DNA of 64,000 bases from NCBI GenBank assembly GCA_031414595.1, contig JANNVX010000088.1:96001-160000 (forward strand), written 5' to 3'. Shown one piece after another: positions 11,197-21,106 of this stretch. Below the pieces are notes generated by a model. The model saw nothing but the letters and a program-made list of their open reading frames with translations. It was not told the origin of the DNA and did no database searches. Both the position numbers and the translations under genes were made by a program. Numbering within the stretch: the stretch's first letter is position 1; each line of letters opens with the position of its first letter. This DNA comes from Deinococcales bacterium. GTDB taxonomy: Bacteria > Deinococcota > Deinococci > Deinococcales > JAAFIG01.

Positions 11197-12243
11197 ATGA
11201 TCCCAAAACTTGTTGACCCCAAAACTGCACCAGAAGCCGAACTTTTGTTACACCATGAATTTTGGAATGCCCGCCGCACCGAAATTTTTCCAGACGATCC
11301 ACCGATTCCTTGGGAAGAACGCCGCCGTTGGCTTAGAGAACCACCAGAACATCTTGTCACTCGGACATTTGCGATTTATCACCAAGAACGGGTGATTGGT
11401 ATCGCCGATGCCGATTGGCGCAGCAATGATACCGAGAACCCAGAATCTGGTTGGATGGATGTGGTGGTTGACCCCAATTATTATCGCCAAGGATTAGGCT
11501 CAAGGTTACTTTGTGCGCTACTCGAGGAAATTTATCCGCTTGGACGCAAAAAACTATTTACCATTACCGATGGTTTACGGGTTGGTGGTAAACCCTTTGC
11601 CGAAGTGTACGGTGCAAAATTTGGACAAGAAGAACACACTAACCAATTGTTGTTTGCCGAACTCAACCAAGACTATGTGCAGCAAGCCTTGGAGAATGCT
11701 CCTACTGACCAATACGAACTTGTTTGGTACGATTGTGAATACCCAGATGATGAAACCGAACTGCAAAAAATCTGTGATGTTTTTGCAGTGATGAATACTG
11801 CTCCACGCGGCGACCTCGAGTTTAACGATTGGAAAATGACCCCAGAAAAACTACGCCAAGAAGCTGCCAATGCTAAGAAAAATGACCAACAATGGTGGTT
11901 GTGTATCGCTAAGCATATAGAAACCGAACACTATGCTGGTTTTACCGAGACTGGATGGCATCATAACCGTCCGGGCATTGCTGGGCAGTACGGGACTGGG
12001 GTTGACCCAACCCACCAAGGACACGGCTTAGGCGCATGGTTAAAATCTGCCATGATTGAACGCATCAAACACCAACGCCCCAGTGTAGACCGTATCCGCA
12101 CAGGTAACGCCGACAGCAACGCCCCAATGCTTAGAATCAATCACAGTTTGGGGTTTAAGCCCTTCAGAGACCGAATCGAATGGCAAATAGACGTTGCCAA
12201 AACCCTCGAGATTGCGCGGTCAAAAGTCTTGGTCACAGGTTAG
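11197..12243 (+). CDS. tandem-domain GNAT acetyltransferase
   Basis: RQGLGSRL and [11 protein letters not shown] acetyl-CoA motifs; [13 protein letters not shown]. Confidence 0.88.
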   Translation: MIPKLVDPKTAPEAELLLHHEFWNARRTEIFPDDPPIPWEERRRWLREPPEHLVTRTFAIYHQERVIGIADADWRSNDTENPESGWMDVVVDPNYYRQGLGSRLLCALLEEIYPLGRKKLFTITDGLRVGGKPFAEVYGAKFGQEEHTNQLLFAELNQDYVQQALENAPTDQYELVWYDCEYPDDETELQKICDVFAVMNTAPRGDLEFNDWKMTPEKLRQEAANAKKNDQQWWLCIAKHIETEHYAGFTETGWHHNRPGIAGQYGTGVDPTHQGHGLGAWLKSAMIERIKHQRPSVDRIRTGNADSNAPMLRINHSLGFKPFRDRIEWQIDVAKTLEIARSKVLVTG

Positions 12244-12725
12244 CGTTTTCCAACCCCAAAATCTGTCGGACGCAACAAATGCTCCAAGCAATGCACATAA
12301 TCCACGCCAATTTTAGCATCCTCGACCAAATCGGCAACACTGGTATCCTCGAGAACTGCCAGAATTGCATCTCGCACCCGTATCCAAATTCTGCTTCTGG
12401 CATGACACCGTGCTTCTTCTAAACACGGCTTATGCCAGTTGCGTGAAGCACAAGAAAGCGCCGCTACGGGTCCGTCTATGGCACGCAGCACATGGGACAA
12501 CGGAATCTCTAAAGCCGGTTTAGCCAGTGCGTAACCACCACCAGCCCCTTTTTTAGCAACCACAATCCCTTGGGCTGCCAAAGCTGCCAATAAGCGCACA
12601 AGGTAGGGTTTTGGTACATGGGTCGCCTCGGCAATCGCATCGCCGTGAATCCACTGCTGTAGGTCTTGTAAGCCCAAGTATGCCAAAGCCTTAAACGCAT
12701 AAATATCGGTGTTGGAAAGTCGCAT
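12240..12725 (-). CDS. Rrf2-family transcriptional regulator
   Basis: [10 protein letters not shown] wing, three Cys (C-x7-C-x5-C); TATGCT-N6-ATG. Confidence 0.9.
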   Translation of the reverse strand: MRLSNTDIYAFKALAYLGLQDLQQWIHGDAIAEATHVPKPYLVRLLAALAAQGIVVAKKGAGGGYALAKPALEIPLSHVLRAIDGPVAALSCASRNWHKPCLEEARCHARSRIWIRVRDAILAVLEDTSVADLVEDAKIGVDYVHCLEHLLRPTDFGVGKR

Positions 12726-12739
12726 TCTTAAAGCATAGC

Positions 12740-13057
12740 TTAATCTGAGTCAAACTCGAGACTGGGATTCTTGGTGAAATTCATTTTTGTGGTCACGAAC
12801 TCGAGTCCTAAAACATCATTTTCCATCGAAGCATAGGCTACCAAAGGCTTGCTGCCCTCGAGCTGAATCGTCAGAATCGAACCATGTCGTTGCACTATAC
12901 CAGCAATAACTATGCCAGCCACACCAATTTCTATTTTTTCGGCTTCTAACTGCAACCAAGCCCAAGTGGGTTGTGGGTCACAACTAATCCACCTGCCATT
13001 TATTTGAGGTGGCAAAGGGTACATCATTGATTTTGAAACAGCCAATTGCAAATTCAT
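12740..13057 (-). CDS. hypothetical protein
   Basis: 105-aa ORF with TTGACA-16-TAAACT promoter directly upstream. Confidence 0.5.
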   Translation of the reverse strand: MNLQLAVSKSMMYPLPPQINGRWISCDPQPTWAWLQLEAEKIEIGVAGIVIAGIVQRHGSILTIQLEGSKPLVAYASMENDVLGLEFVTTKMNFTKNPSLEFDSD

Positions 13058-13114
13058 GGTGTCTTAGTTTACGTCAACTTAAAGTTGTGTCAACCCTGTT
13101 TTGAGAAAGGTCTG

Positions 13115-13471
13115 TCAACCTTGTTCAGAGACATGGCTGTTGTGCTGGGCTACTAATTTCCATGACTCACCAATACGGGTAAAAACAAAAGTAGACCGCC
13201 CAAACCACAAACTCGAGTCTTGATTGCCCGGATACTGAAATTCACAAAAGACCAAACAGACATGTTCAAGCATCTCAAATTCGATATTGCGAAATTGCAA
13301 ACTGCTAAAGACAGGATTTTTGAGAATACTTTTGATTCGCTGTCCTTTATTTTGATGTCGCGCTACGGTACTGGTAAAGCGAAAATTCTCGGCGATTAAA
13401 TCCTCGAGAATGCTCGAGTTCTGGGTATTTAAGGCATTCAGGAGCAAATCAAAAGTTTCTTTAAGGCTCAT
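13115..13471 (-). CDS. NTF2/SnoaL-like (DUF4440-type) protein
   Basis: C-terminal TFVF..GESWKLVAQHNS typical of the NTF2 fold. Confidence 0.75.
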   Translation of the reverse strand: MSLKETFDLLLNALNTQNSSILEDLIAENFRFTSTVARHQNKGQRIKSILKNPVFSSLQFRNIEFEMLEHVCLVFCEFQYPGNQDSSLWFGRSTFVFTRIGESWKLVAQHNSHVSEQG

Positions 13472-14274
13472 AAGACAGACTCTACAAGCCCACCAACCCG
13501 AACAGCAAGCGCCATGCTGTCCCTAGACATAAAACGCGCCCTAAGCTCGGAAGGTTTGCCCATTTGATAGCCTTGTGCCGCAATCAGGTCGTGGACTCCG
13601 CTCGGGGTGTGGGCTGCCTTATAACCACATAAACTGGCTAGACTAAACGAACCCGCGTTATCCTCGAGTAACCCCTTGTGTGGTGCAAAAAAACGGTACT
13701 CAAGGTTGCTTCGGCTCGAGGTGAATGAGACAGCAATACAACCATTGAGATGATGGGTTTTTAAGAGCAATGCCAAAGCCTCAAAATCTGGATTAAACTC
13801 GAGGGCAGATTCTTTAATTGGCACAATCAGATTGTGTTTCTCGAGTGTCCCCGCGCACAAGATTGTTAGTTCTGGCTCGAGGGCAGCTTCTTTTAAGTTC
13901 AACGCCTCGAGCCAAGGCTGAATATCCGATGGACACGGCAAAATATGGGTATCGGGTTGGGCTGCCCAAGCATAACCATCTTCGAGCATCACCTCGAGAT
14001 TGCTGGTTTGCATCTGGACTGTGCAACTTTGCCCAAGGTGATATGCAACCACCAACGCGCCAGAATCGGACTCAAGTTTTTCTTTGCCTTGGTTGGTGAA
14101 AAACCGAACCTGAACGATGTTTTTTGTATTGGTTGGATTTGTGATGAAGGCAGTGATTGGCGCGTTGCTCGAGACAGCAATTTTTGGCATGACCGATTCG
14201 GGTAGAGGTTCGTGGACAACTGCAAAACGTTTGCCGCCGTTGGTCTCAGCTTTGAAAACATCGTAATACTTCAC
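13468..14274 (-). CDS. PhzF-family isomerase (degenerate paralogue)
   Basis: YDVF..GGK..AVV, VRFFT, RFFAP, QGYQMGKPS, VRVGG. Confidence 0.8.
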   Translation of the reverse strand: MKYYDVFKAETNGGKRFAVVHEPLPESVMPKIAVSSNAPITAFITNPTNTKNIVQVRFFTNQGKEKLESDSGALVVAYHLGQSCTVQMQTSNLEVMLEDGYAWAAQPDTHILPCPSDIQPWLEALNLKEAALEPELTILCAGTLEKHNLIVPIKESALEFNPDFEALALLLKTHHLNGCIAVSFTSSRSNLEYRFFAPHKGLLEDNAGSFSLASLCGYKAAHTPSGVHDLIAAQGYQMGKPSELRARFMSRDSMALAVRVGGLVESVL

Positions 14275-15161
14275 ACTTTCACCTCAACAGCTTTCCCGCC
14301 AATCCATAGACTCGAGACCAGACCATCTTGCACTTCGCATTTGACCTCGAGACGTGATGGTTTATTCATGGCGTACCCCTGAGCGCCACTAAAACTTCTT
14401 TTACCATCGTCAAAAAACTGGTTTGCGCCAAGATAAGCCGCCAGTGCTGCGTGTGCATTGCCCGTTGCGGCATCCTCGAGAACCGTATTGTTTTGAACTG
14501 AAAAATGCCTTGTGTCGGTAAAGCACCCACCACGCCCCGGAAAAGTAAAAATCACAATTCCAGTTGTACTCGTTTCAAAACAAAGCGCACGGATTTCTTC
14601 AAGATTTGGTTCAATGGCATCTAATAAAATCGTGCTTGGGACAGCACACACTAATTTAGCACGCCCAACCCCAGCCGCTAAAATTGGTAAGTCCTCGTGT
14701 AAATCTTCTTTTTCGAGACCCAGTGCCACCGCCACGGCTTCTAAGTCGAGGTCAACCGCCCATGTACTTGGGTTTGGATACTCGAGCCACGCTGTACCAG
14801 ACTCGAGTTTTGCGTTTTGAATGCCAAGATTTGTCTCGAGTTGAAAAACATCTTTTGGAACTGCCCAACCATTTAACCCGCCTCGGGCTTGTATGGCAAT
14901 CAGCGCGGCAATTGTGCCATGACCACAAACATTTTCTTCGATATGTGGTGTGAAAAATCGCAAGCGAAGCGGTAGGGGAGACTCAGCTTCAAATAATGTA
15001 TCGCTGATGCCCACAAAAACCGTGGCGGGAGCGCCAATGCTCGAGGCTAACTCCATCATTTTGCGGCTCGACTCGAGGTTAAGTCCGAAGACAACCGCCG
15101 CTTTGTTGCCGCCTTTGCTGTTGGTGGTGAAGGCATTCAATTCTAAAATCTCGAGATTCAT
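14271..15161 (-). CDS. PhzF-family isomerase
   Basis: NAFT..GGNKAAVV, LRFFTP..E..VCGHGT, EDAATGNA, QGYAMNKPS. Confidence 0.88.
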   Translation of the reverse strand: MNLEILELNAFTTNSKGGNKAAVVFGLNLESSRKMMELASSIGAPATVFVGISDTLFEAESPLPLRLRFFTPHIEENVCGHGTIAALIAIQARGGLNGWAVPKDVFQLETNLGIQNAKLESGTAWLEYPNPSTWAVDLDLEAVAVALGLEKEDLHEDLPILAAGVGRAKLVCAVPSTILLDAIEPNLEEIRALCFETSTTGIVIFTFPGRGGCFTDTRHFSVQNNTVLEDAATGNAHAALAAYLGANQFFDDGKRSFSGAQGYAMNKPSRLEVKCEVQDGLVSSLWIGGKAVEVKV

Positions 15162-15259
15162 GGATCGTCGGTCTCGGAGACTGGTAAATTTTGGTACAAC
15201 TCGGAAAACACAACTTCTTCAGAAGTTAATTTGGTTTTAGTAGGTGCGATTCTAGCCAT
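15158..15259 (-). CDS. unannotated 33-aa ORF, possibly an internally deleted Uma2 remnant or leader peptide
   Basis: TATACT-N6-ATG; MARIAPTKTKLTSEEVVFSELYQNLPVSETDDP*; stop overlaps the phzF start (ATGA). Confidence 0.5.
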   Translation of the reverse strand: MARIAPTKTKLTSEEVVFSELYQNLPVSETDDP

Positions 15260-15317
15260 AGCAGCAGTATACCGAACTTGACTTGACAATAACCAAGGAT
15301 TAACTTATAACTTAACT

Positions 15318-15731
15318 ATGCGCTTGCTCGAGCCTCGTCACCCAAAACGACTCGGGGCAGAACACCCAATCATTATCGAAAATCTTGTGCAAATCGCCCA
15401 AGATAACCACCAAGAAGCACTAAACGCCATTATCCTCATGCTCGAAGACTTGACGCAGCAAAATTTACAAAGCCGATACGCCAAGACACTACACAAAACC
15501 CCAATCTGGGAACTCAAAACCCGTTCTCGAGGTGGAATAAAAGGTGGTGCAAGAGTGTACTGGTTTCCATTACGAATCATTGAAGAAGAAACCCTAGAAA
15601 TTGTTGCCGTGATTGTCAATGCAGAAATAAAGCCCGAAGCCACCCCAAACGAACACAAATTACTCGAGGCATTAGAAGTTTATTTAGCCTTCCAAAACGA
15701 CCCAATTACCATGATACGGAGGTCAGGATGA
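15318..15731 (+). CDS. RelE/HigB-like toxin
   Basis: PIWELKTR..GGARVYWF; lies upstream of an XRE antitoxin; TTGACA-17-TATAAC promoter. Confidence 0.7.
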   Translation: MRLLEPRHPKRLGAEHPIIIENLVQIAQDNHQEALNAIILMLEDLTQQNLQSRYAKTLHKTPIWELKTRSRGGIKGGARVYWFPLRIIEEETLEIVAVIVNAEIKPEATPNEHKLLEALEVYLAFQNDPITMIRRSG

Positions 15732-16108
15732 AAAAAATTGATCAATTGCTCAGTCAAATCAGTAGCCAAGAAATTCTTGAAGTGCGTGTTCCTAAAGGCA
15801 CGCTAAAACCAACGCGCTCCGCCAGAGCCATACTCGAGCAAGCAGGGCAAGTTGTCATTACTCAAGCAGTTCATAAAGCCCTGACCCAAGCCCGTAAAAA
15901 TGCTGGTTTACAAGCCAAAGATGTTGCTAAACAATTACAAATCAGTGCGGCTCGAGTAGCACAAATAGAAAATCAACCACGCAACCTAACCCTCGAGACG
16001 CTAGTGCAACACGCCCAAGCCATAGGTTACGAAGTTGAAATTGTGCTACACCCACGCCAGAAGAACTTGCCAGAAGTTCGTGCTGAGCTTGGTGGTATCC
16101 ATGTCTGA
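15728..16108 (+). CDS. XRE/HTH_3 antitoxin (HigA-like)
   Basis: ARKNAGLQAKDVAKQLQISAARVAQIE HTH. Confidence 0.8.
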   Translation: MKKIDQLLSQISSQEILEVRVPKGTLKPTRSARAILEQAGQVVITQAVHKALTQARKNAGLQAKDVAKQLQISAARVAQIENQPRNLTLETLVQHAQAIGYEVEIVLHPRQKNLPEVRAELGGIHV

Positions 16109-16793
16109 ATACCCTAACACTGCTGGGTGGTTAGCAATGCAAGACGGGCAGCAAGTAAATGCACATAAACGTGTATGGATAACCAGTGTCGTAGAAGTTG
16201 AAAAATTAGAGTTACCTTCGGGTAAGTTAGTGATTTATGACCCCTCCAGTTTAGACTCAAGATATTCATATCAGTTTTATCCAAACGGTAGCAAAGACGA
16301 TTCTTACTACTTTGTACCCATTGGACAACATCGAATTTTCGTGACGCTTGCCACCTCTGAAAATGATTCAAGAAATGCGTATTCAACGATGATTTTACGA
16401 CCAGACGAGACAGAAGTAAAGCGTGTGGCTGCAATCCCTGTGACAATAGGTAAAATGCCTGTCGCCCCTTTGAAAGCTGGTAATTTTTATGGCGTAGGCG
16501 TTGATGCAGGTATGATTTGTTTTGTAGATGAAATAAACTTATTGAAATTTATGCCACAAAACCACGATCAATGGTTTGATGTTTATCACGATGTTTGGCT
16601 TGAGACTATTTCACCATATCCAGCCCCAACAAAATCTAAAACCTTTTGGAACTTAGTTTTGCCCAACGCTAAGACAGAAAACATGATCGTAACAGAAAGT
16701 GGTTTTGGTGATGGGTGGTATCCAATTATTTGGGGGTTGAATTCTAAAGATGAAGTAATTGCTATTCACGTGGATTTTGGAATTTTCAGATAA
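16101..16793 (+). CDS. DUF4241-like protein
   Basis: LPSGKLVIYDP, GVDAGMICFVD, SGFGDGWYP, IHVDF. Confidence 0.75.
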   Translation: MSEYPNTAGWLAMQDGQQVNAHKRVWITSVVEVEKLELPSGKLVIYDPSSLDSRYSYQFYPNGSKDDSYYFVPIGQHRIFVTLATSENDSRNAYSTMILRPDETEVKRVAAIPVTIGKMPVAPLKAGNFYGVGVDAGMICFVDEINLLKFMPQNHDQWFDVYHDVWLETISPYPAPTKSKTFWNLVLPNAKTENMIVTESGFGDGWYPIIWGLNSKDEVIAIHVDFGIFR

Positions 16794-16798
16794 CACCC

Positions 16799-17968
16799 TT
16801 AAGAGTTTCTTGCTTTGAAATCTTCGTAAGTAAATTCGCGCACCACATCAAAACTGCCGTTTTCGCGCAGAATGCCAATGGCTGGGTGCTTCACGCCATT
16901 AAACATTGTGGTTTTCACAATGGTGTAATGAATCATGTCATCAAACACAAGTCGGCTGCCAATCTCGAGCGGCTGGTCAAAACTGTAATCCCCAACAATA
17001 TCGCCAGCCAAACAGGTTGTGCCACCAAGTCTGTAAGTGTGTGGTTTCTCGAGCGCTTCGCCAGCACCAAGAATTTCTGGGCGGTATGGCATCTCGAGAC
17101 AATCTGGCATGTGCGCCGAAACAGAAATATCCAGAATCCCAATTCCCATGCCGTTGTGCATTAAATCCACCACACTCGAGACCAGCCACCCTGTTTGCCA
17201 GCCGACTGCTTCGCCCGGCTCGAGAATGACTTCTACGCCCCATTTTTCTTTGAAGGCTTTAATTACCCGAATTAACCCATCCAAATCGTAACTGGCTTTG
17301 GTAATATGATGCCCACCACCAAAATTAACCCATTTGACTTGTGGTAAAAACTCGGCAAAATTCTGTTCAATCACAGCAATGGTGCGCTCGAGTGTATCTG
17401 CGCCCTTGCCGCACAAACTATGAAAATGCAATCCATCTAAGCCCTCAAGTAAATCTGGTCTGAATTCTGCTTTGGTCACACCGAGCCTCGAGAAAGGCAC
17501 ACATGGGTCGTAAAGAGGTGTTTCGACTTCGCTAAACTCTGGATTGACTCGAATACCAGCCGAAACATGGCGCGGTGCATCTTTGACCATCTGACGAAAC
17601 CGAGTCCATTGCGAAAAGGTGTTGAACGAAATATGGTCAGCAATTCCCAGAATTTCGCCCATGTCATCTTCGGTAAAAGCTGGCGAGTAGACATGGACTT
17701 CACCACCAAATTCTTCATGCCCGAGCTTGGCTTCGTACAAGCCAGAAGCGGTTGTTCCGTGTAGATACTGCTTGATAATTCCAAAACTTGCCCAGAGCGA
17801 GTAGCCCTTCAAAGCACAAATAATTTTAGCCCCAGACTCGAGTTGTACCCTGTCCAGAATTTCCATGTTGCGTCGCAAGCGTGATTCGTCCAGCACATAG
17901 CACGGGCTTGGAAACTGCGAGAAATCAATTTCGGAAATCGGTTTAGGTTGTGCCGTTGGTTTATTCAT
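16799..17968 (-). CDS. nspC: carboxynorspermidine decarboxylase
   Basis: PSPCYVLDE, ALKG, GLHFH, NFGGGHHIT, LEPGEA, HMPDCLEMPY, CLAGD; ORF-track extension to 18061 runs through a REP. Confidence 0.93.
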   Translation of the reverse strand: MNKPTAQPKPISEIDFSQFPSPCYVLDESRLRRNMEILDRVQLESGAKIICALKGYSLWASFGIIKQYLHGTTASGLYEAKLGHEEFGGEVHVYSPAFTEDDMGEILGIADHISFNTFSQWTRFRQMVKDAPRHVSAGIRVNPEFSEVETPLYDPCVPFSRLGVTKAEFRPDLLEGLDGLHFHSLCGKGADTLERTIAVIEQNFAEFLPQVKWVNFGGGHHITKASYDLDGLIRVIKAFKEKWGVEVILEPGEAVGWQTGWLVSSVVDLMHNGMGIGILDISVSAHMPDCLEMPYRPEILGAGEALEKPHTYRLGGTTCLAGDIVGDYSFDQPLEIGSRLVFDDMIHYTIVKTTMFNGVKHPAIGILRENGSFDVVREFTYEDFKARNS

Positions 17969-17980
17969 AAGATACCCACA

Positions 17981-18054
17981 GGACAGACACAGGGGTCTGT
18001 CCCTACAAAAAATGAAACGGGTATCTCGTAGGGGCGAACCCCTGTGTTCGCCCT
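17981..18054. repeat. inverted pair of GTAG-type REP palindromes
   Basis: GTAGGGACAGACCCCTGTGTCTGTCC (minus) and GTAGGGGCGAACCCCTGTGTTCGCCC (plus). Confidence 0.8.
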
Positions 18055-18122
18055 GCCACATAACGAAAATTCATTGACGTTCAAGAAATTTTGAAGTTTG
18101 AGAAATAGGATACAACCTAGTT

Positions 18123-18311
18123 TCATTTGTTTCCCACTGCTGCAAAAGCCAAAGCATCCGAAACGTCTTCAATTTGTATGTGTGGGTAAGCCTCGAGAAT
18201 TTGCGGTACGGTAAACCCTGCTGCCATTTTCTCGAGAATGGCTTCGACGGTCACTCGAGTTCCAGCGATAACTGGTTTGCCCATCATAATTTGTGGATTG
18301 CTAGAAATCAT
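18123..18311 (-). CDS. DUF433 domain protein (orphan antitoxin-like)
   Basis: NPQIMMGKPVIAGTRVTVE..ILEAYP. Confidence 0.88.
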   Translation of the reverse strand: MISSNPQIMMGKPVIAGTRVTVEAILEKMAAGFTVPQILEAYPHIQIEDVSDALAFAAVGNK

Positions 18312-18325
18312 AAATTGATGATACC

Positions 18326-19564
18326 TTAATTCACCGTTTTCACGCGCTTATTCACAAAGTCCATCAGCACATACTGCCCAATGTTATGCGGCGTGGTGAA
18401 GTACGCTTTGCCGTGGGTCATTTCTGAAACTTTTTTAACAAAGCCAATTAAATCTGGGTCTCGAGCAAGCATAAATGTGTTGATTTGAATCCCAGCCCGA
18501 CGGCACATGGCGACTTCGCGCAATGTTTCGGACAGTACAAAAGGGTCTAAGCCCCAAGCGTTTTTATAAATCCGACCGTCAGGTAATGTTAGGGCAGAGG
18601 GTTTGCCATCGGTAATCATCACGATTTGTTTCATGTCTTTGTTCTCGCGCTTCAGGAGTTGCTGCGCCATGCGAAGCCCAGCCGCCGTGTTGGTGTGGTA
18701 CGGACCGACTTGCACTTGAGCTAATTTCTCGAGTGGCACTTGTTCGGCGCTGTCATGGAACAATACAAATTTAATTGTGTCTCCTGCGTACTGATGCCGA
18801 ATCATATGTGCCAATGCCAAGGCGACTTGCTTGGCAGGCGTAAAACGGTCTTCGCCGTACAAAATCATGCTGTGTGAACAGTCCAGCATCACCACAGTGG
18901 CGGCGCTGCTTTGGTACTCGGATTGACGAATCACCAAATCAGATTCGGTGATATTCTCGAGACCCTTTGAGACCAAATTTTTCATGGTGCTGGTTACATC
19001 GAGGTTTAAGGTATCGCCAAATTCGTAGTCTTTGAGGTCGCCAGTCATTTCCACACCACTCGAGTATTCGCGGGTATCGTGCCGTCCAGCACTGGATTTA
19101 CCCAAGCCGCCCAAAATATCTCGCAGGGTCTTGTAGCCCATAAAATCAATGCTTTTTTGGGTCAGTTCAAAACGGGCATCGCCAGAATTGCCCACGCCAC
19201 CTTCGCCTTGTGGCACAGCGCTTTCTCTTGTCGGGTCGTCTACCCGAATCATGCCTTCGTCTTGGAGGCGTTGAATCATTTTATTGATTTCTTGGTTTAA
19301 TCTGGTTTGCGAAAAATCCTTACTGGATTGAGCTTCCTTGAGCATATCCTCGGGAATCATGTCGCGTTCCATCAAGGCTTGCAGAATTGCTTCACGCAGT
19401 TCATCCATGCTCGAGCCAGCATTTGGGTCTGGGTCGTAGGGGTTATTGAAGGCACTACCGATAATGCTGTCACGAATCATGTCCATGAGGCTGCCTGTGT
19501 CAATATCATCTAAGGTGGATTCGTACTTGGAGTATCGGGTTGAACGGCTGGTTGTGCTTAACAT
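18326..19564 (-). CDS. VWA-domain protein (partner of the chelatase-like AAA+ ATPase)
   Basis: MIDAS motif [13 protein letters not shown]; start with GAGGAG RBS at 19564. Confidence 0.88.
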   Translation of the reverse strand: MLSTTSRSTRYSKYESTLDDIDTGSLMDMIRDSIIGSAFNNPYDPDPNAGSSMDELREAILQALMERDMIPEDMLKEAQSSKDFSQTRLNQEINKMIQRLQDEGMIRVDDPTRESAVPQGEGGVGNSGDARFELTQKSIDFMGYKTLRDILGGLGKSSAGRHDTREYSSGVEMTGDLKDYEFGDTLNLDVTSTMKNLVSKGLENITESDLVIRQSEYQSSAATVVMLDCSHSMILYGEDRFTPAKQVALALAHMIRHQYAGDTIKFVLFHDSAEQVPLEKLAQVQVGPYHTNTAAGLRMAQQLLKRENKDMKQIVMITDGKPSALTLPDGRIYKNAWGLDPFVLSETLREVAMCRRAGIQINTFMLARDPDLIGFVKKVSEMTHGKAYFTTPHNIGQYVLMDFVNKRVKTVN

Positions 19565-19583
19565 AATGGCTGCTCCTCGAGAA

Positions 19584-19862
19584 TTAGTAAACTTCGTCGT
19601 GTGTTCCAATGTCAATTAATAAAATATCGTCTTCTGGGTCGTTCTTTGTAAAATCAAACACAATTCTTAAATCATAGCCAGCGCTACAAGCAAATGAGCC
19701 TTTTAGTTTTCCTTTTAACTTATGCGTTTCTAAACTTGGTTGGAATGGGTCAGCACTTAATTTCTCGAGTACAATTTGAATACCTGCTTGCATTGAAGGA
19801 TTCTTAGCAACAAAATGCTTATAAGCTCTTCTAAAACTCGAGGCTGGGACGACTTGCCTCAT
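19584..19862 (-). CDS. YafQ/RelE-family mRNA interferase toxin (copy 1)
   Basis: THKLKG...YDLRIVF...DIGTHDEVY. Confidence 0.88.
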   Translation of the reverse strand: MRQVVPASSFRRAYKHFVAKNPSMQAGIQIVLEKLSADPFQPSLETHKLKGKLKGSFACSAGYDLRIVFDFTKNDPEDDILLIDIGTHDEVY

Positions 19863-20071
19863 GAATTTAAGTCATCCATTAACTCAGCTACACTCATGGC
19901 TTTTAGTTTGCCTTGGGCAAATTCGGCTCGAGAGAACTCGATATTTCGAGCAATTTCATCGCGCCGTAACTCGAGGTCACGCTTTTGAATAATACTAACC
20001 AAAGTCTGCCAGTTTTCCCTTGGTAGGCGTTCAACAAAATCTAAGGCTTCGTCTAAAGTTACGGTTTGCAT
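19859..20071 (-). CDS. cognate antitoxin (copy 1)
   Basis: 70 aa, MQTVTLDEAL..., ATGA coupling to toxin. Confidence 0.75.
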   Translation of the reverse strand: MQTVTLDEALDFVERLPRENWQTLVSIIQKRDLELRRDEIARNIEFSRAEFAQGKLKAMSVAELMDDLNS

Positions 20072-20096
20072 TGCTTTCCTCCTTTTCTACTCGAGG

Positions 20097-20393
20097 CTAT
20101 TTGTACACTTGGTCGTGCGTCCCAATGTCGGTCAAAATAATAGCTGCTTCTTCGGGTGGTTTTCGTTTCTCAAAATAAAATACGATTCGCAAATCATATG
20201 CTACTTCAACTGCCCATAAACCTTTCATTCTACCTTGTAACTGATGAATTCCAAGTTGTGGGTGAAATGGTTCTATCTCGAGGCGTTCTAAAATACTTTC
20301 GATACTCGAGTCTGAATCTGGATGTTGACGTAAATACTTTTTTAAGGCGCGGTCAAAGGAAGCATTGGTGATAAGTTCGCGCCGATTTCTCAT
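20097..20393 (-). CDS. YafQ/RelE-family toxin (copy 2)
   Basis: HQLQGRM...YDLRIVF...DIGTHDQVY. Confidence 0.88.
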   Translation of the reverse strand: MRNRRELITNASFDRALKKYLRQHPDSDSSIESILERLEIEPFHPQLGIHQLQGRMKGLWAVEVAYDLRIVFYFEKRKPPEEAAIILTDIGTHDQVYK

Positions 20394-20602
20394 TCTCTTG
20401 CTTCTTTCATGATTTGTGCCACAGTTTTTGGTTTGAGAATTCCTGCTTCATAATCAAGTTGTGCTTGGGCTGCGTTGCGCTGCACTTGGTCTTGCCATTC
20501 TTCTATTTCTTGTTGTCGTAAAATCTCGAGTAAAGCATGGCGTTGGGTGGGTTGTAGTTGCTGAACGACTGTGAGAGCTTGGTCTAAAGTGACGGTTTGC
20601 AT
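20390..20602 (-). CDS. cognate antitoxin (copy 2)
   Basis: 70 aa, MQTVTLDQAL..., GGAGGAG RBS. Confidence 0.75.
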   Translation of the reverse strand: MQTVTLDQALTVVQQLQPTQRHALLEILRQQEIEEWQDQVQRNAAQAQLDYEAGILKPKTVAQIMKEARE

Positions 20603-20620
20603 TATTCTCCTCCTAAAATC

Positions 20621-20905
20621 TCAACGGTAAACTTCTTGATGTGTTCCAATGTTGACCAACCAAATTTCTTCTTGCAAATCTTTGGTTTTTTGAATTACAA
20701 ACACGATTCTTAGGTCATAACCAGCACTACAAGCGTAATGATTCTTATATTTTCCTTTGAGTTTATGGGTTTCTAAAGACGCTTCAAAAGCGTTGACCGA
20801 TAGTTGTTGTAGAACTTTTGTAATTTGAATCTGAAAATCTGGATGAATTGCTAGAAAACGTTTGTAAGCTCGCCAAAACGAGGTATACGTTCGTATTTCT
20901 CTCAT
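20621..20905 (-). CDS. YafQ/RelE-family toxin (copy 3)
   Basis: THKLKGK...[11 protein letters not shown]...NIGTHQEVY. Confidence 0.88.
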   Translation of the reverse strand: MREIRTYTSFWRAYKRFLAIHPDFQIQITKVLQQLSVNAFEASLETHKLKGKYKNHYACSAGYDLRIVFVIQKTKDLQEEIWLVNIGTHQEVYR

Positions 20906-21105
20906 TGCTGCAATGCCTTTAAGGTTTCGGCTAGGCTATTTGTTGCAAAATTGCCATTTTCCATTGCGCTCAAAGCATCGTTGCATTCCTGTACGAATTC
21001 CTCATGCTGATTGTTTTTTTGTATCAACTCGACTAATGATAGTTGTTCTTCTCGAGGTAGTGTTTGTACTACATCCATAACTTGCTGAAGGGTCATTTGC
21101 TGCAT
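20902..21105 (-). CDS. cognate antitoxin (copy 3)
   Basis: 67 aa, MQQMTLQQVMDVVQTLPRE, paralogous to copies 1 and 2. Confidence 0.72.
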   Translation of the reverse strand: MQQMTLQQVMDVVQTLPREEQLSLVELIQKNNQHEEFVQECNDALSAMENGNFATNSLAETLKALQQ

Positions 21106-21106
21106 T

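Noticed and set aside
17969-18061. N-terminal extension of nspC in the ORF track
   Set aside because: It is read-through of the REP doublet, not decarboxylase sequence.
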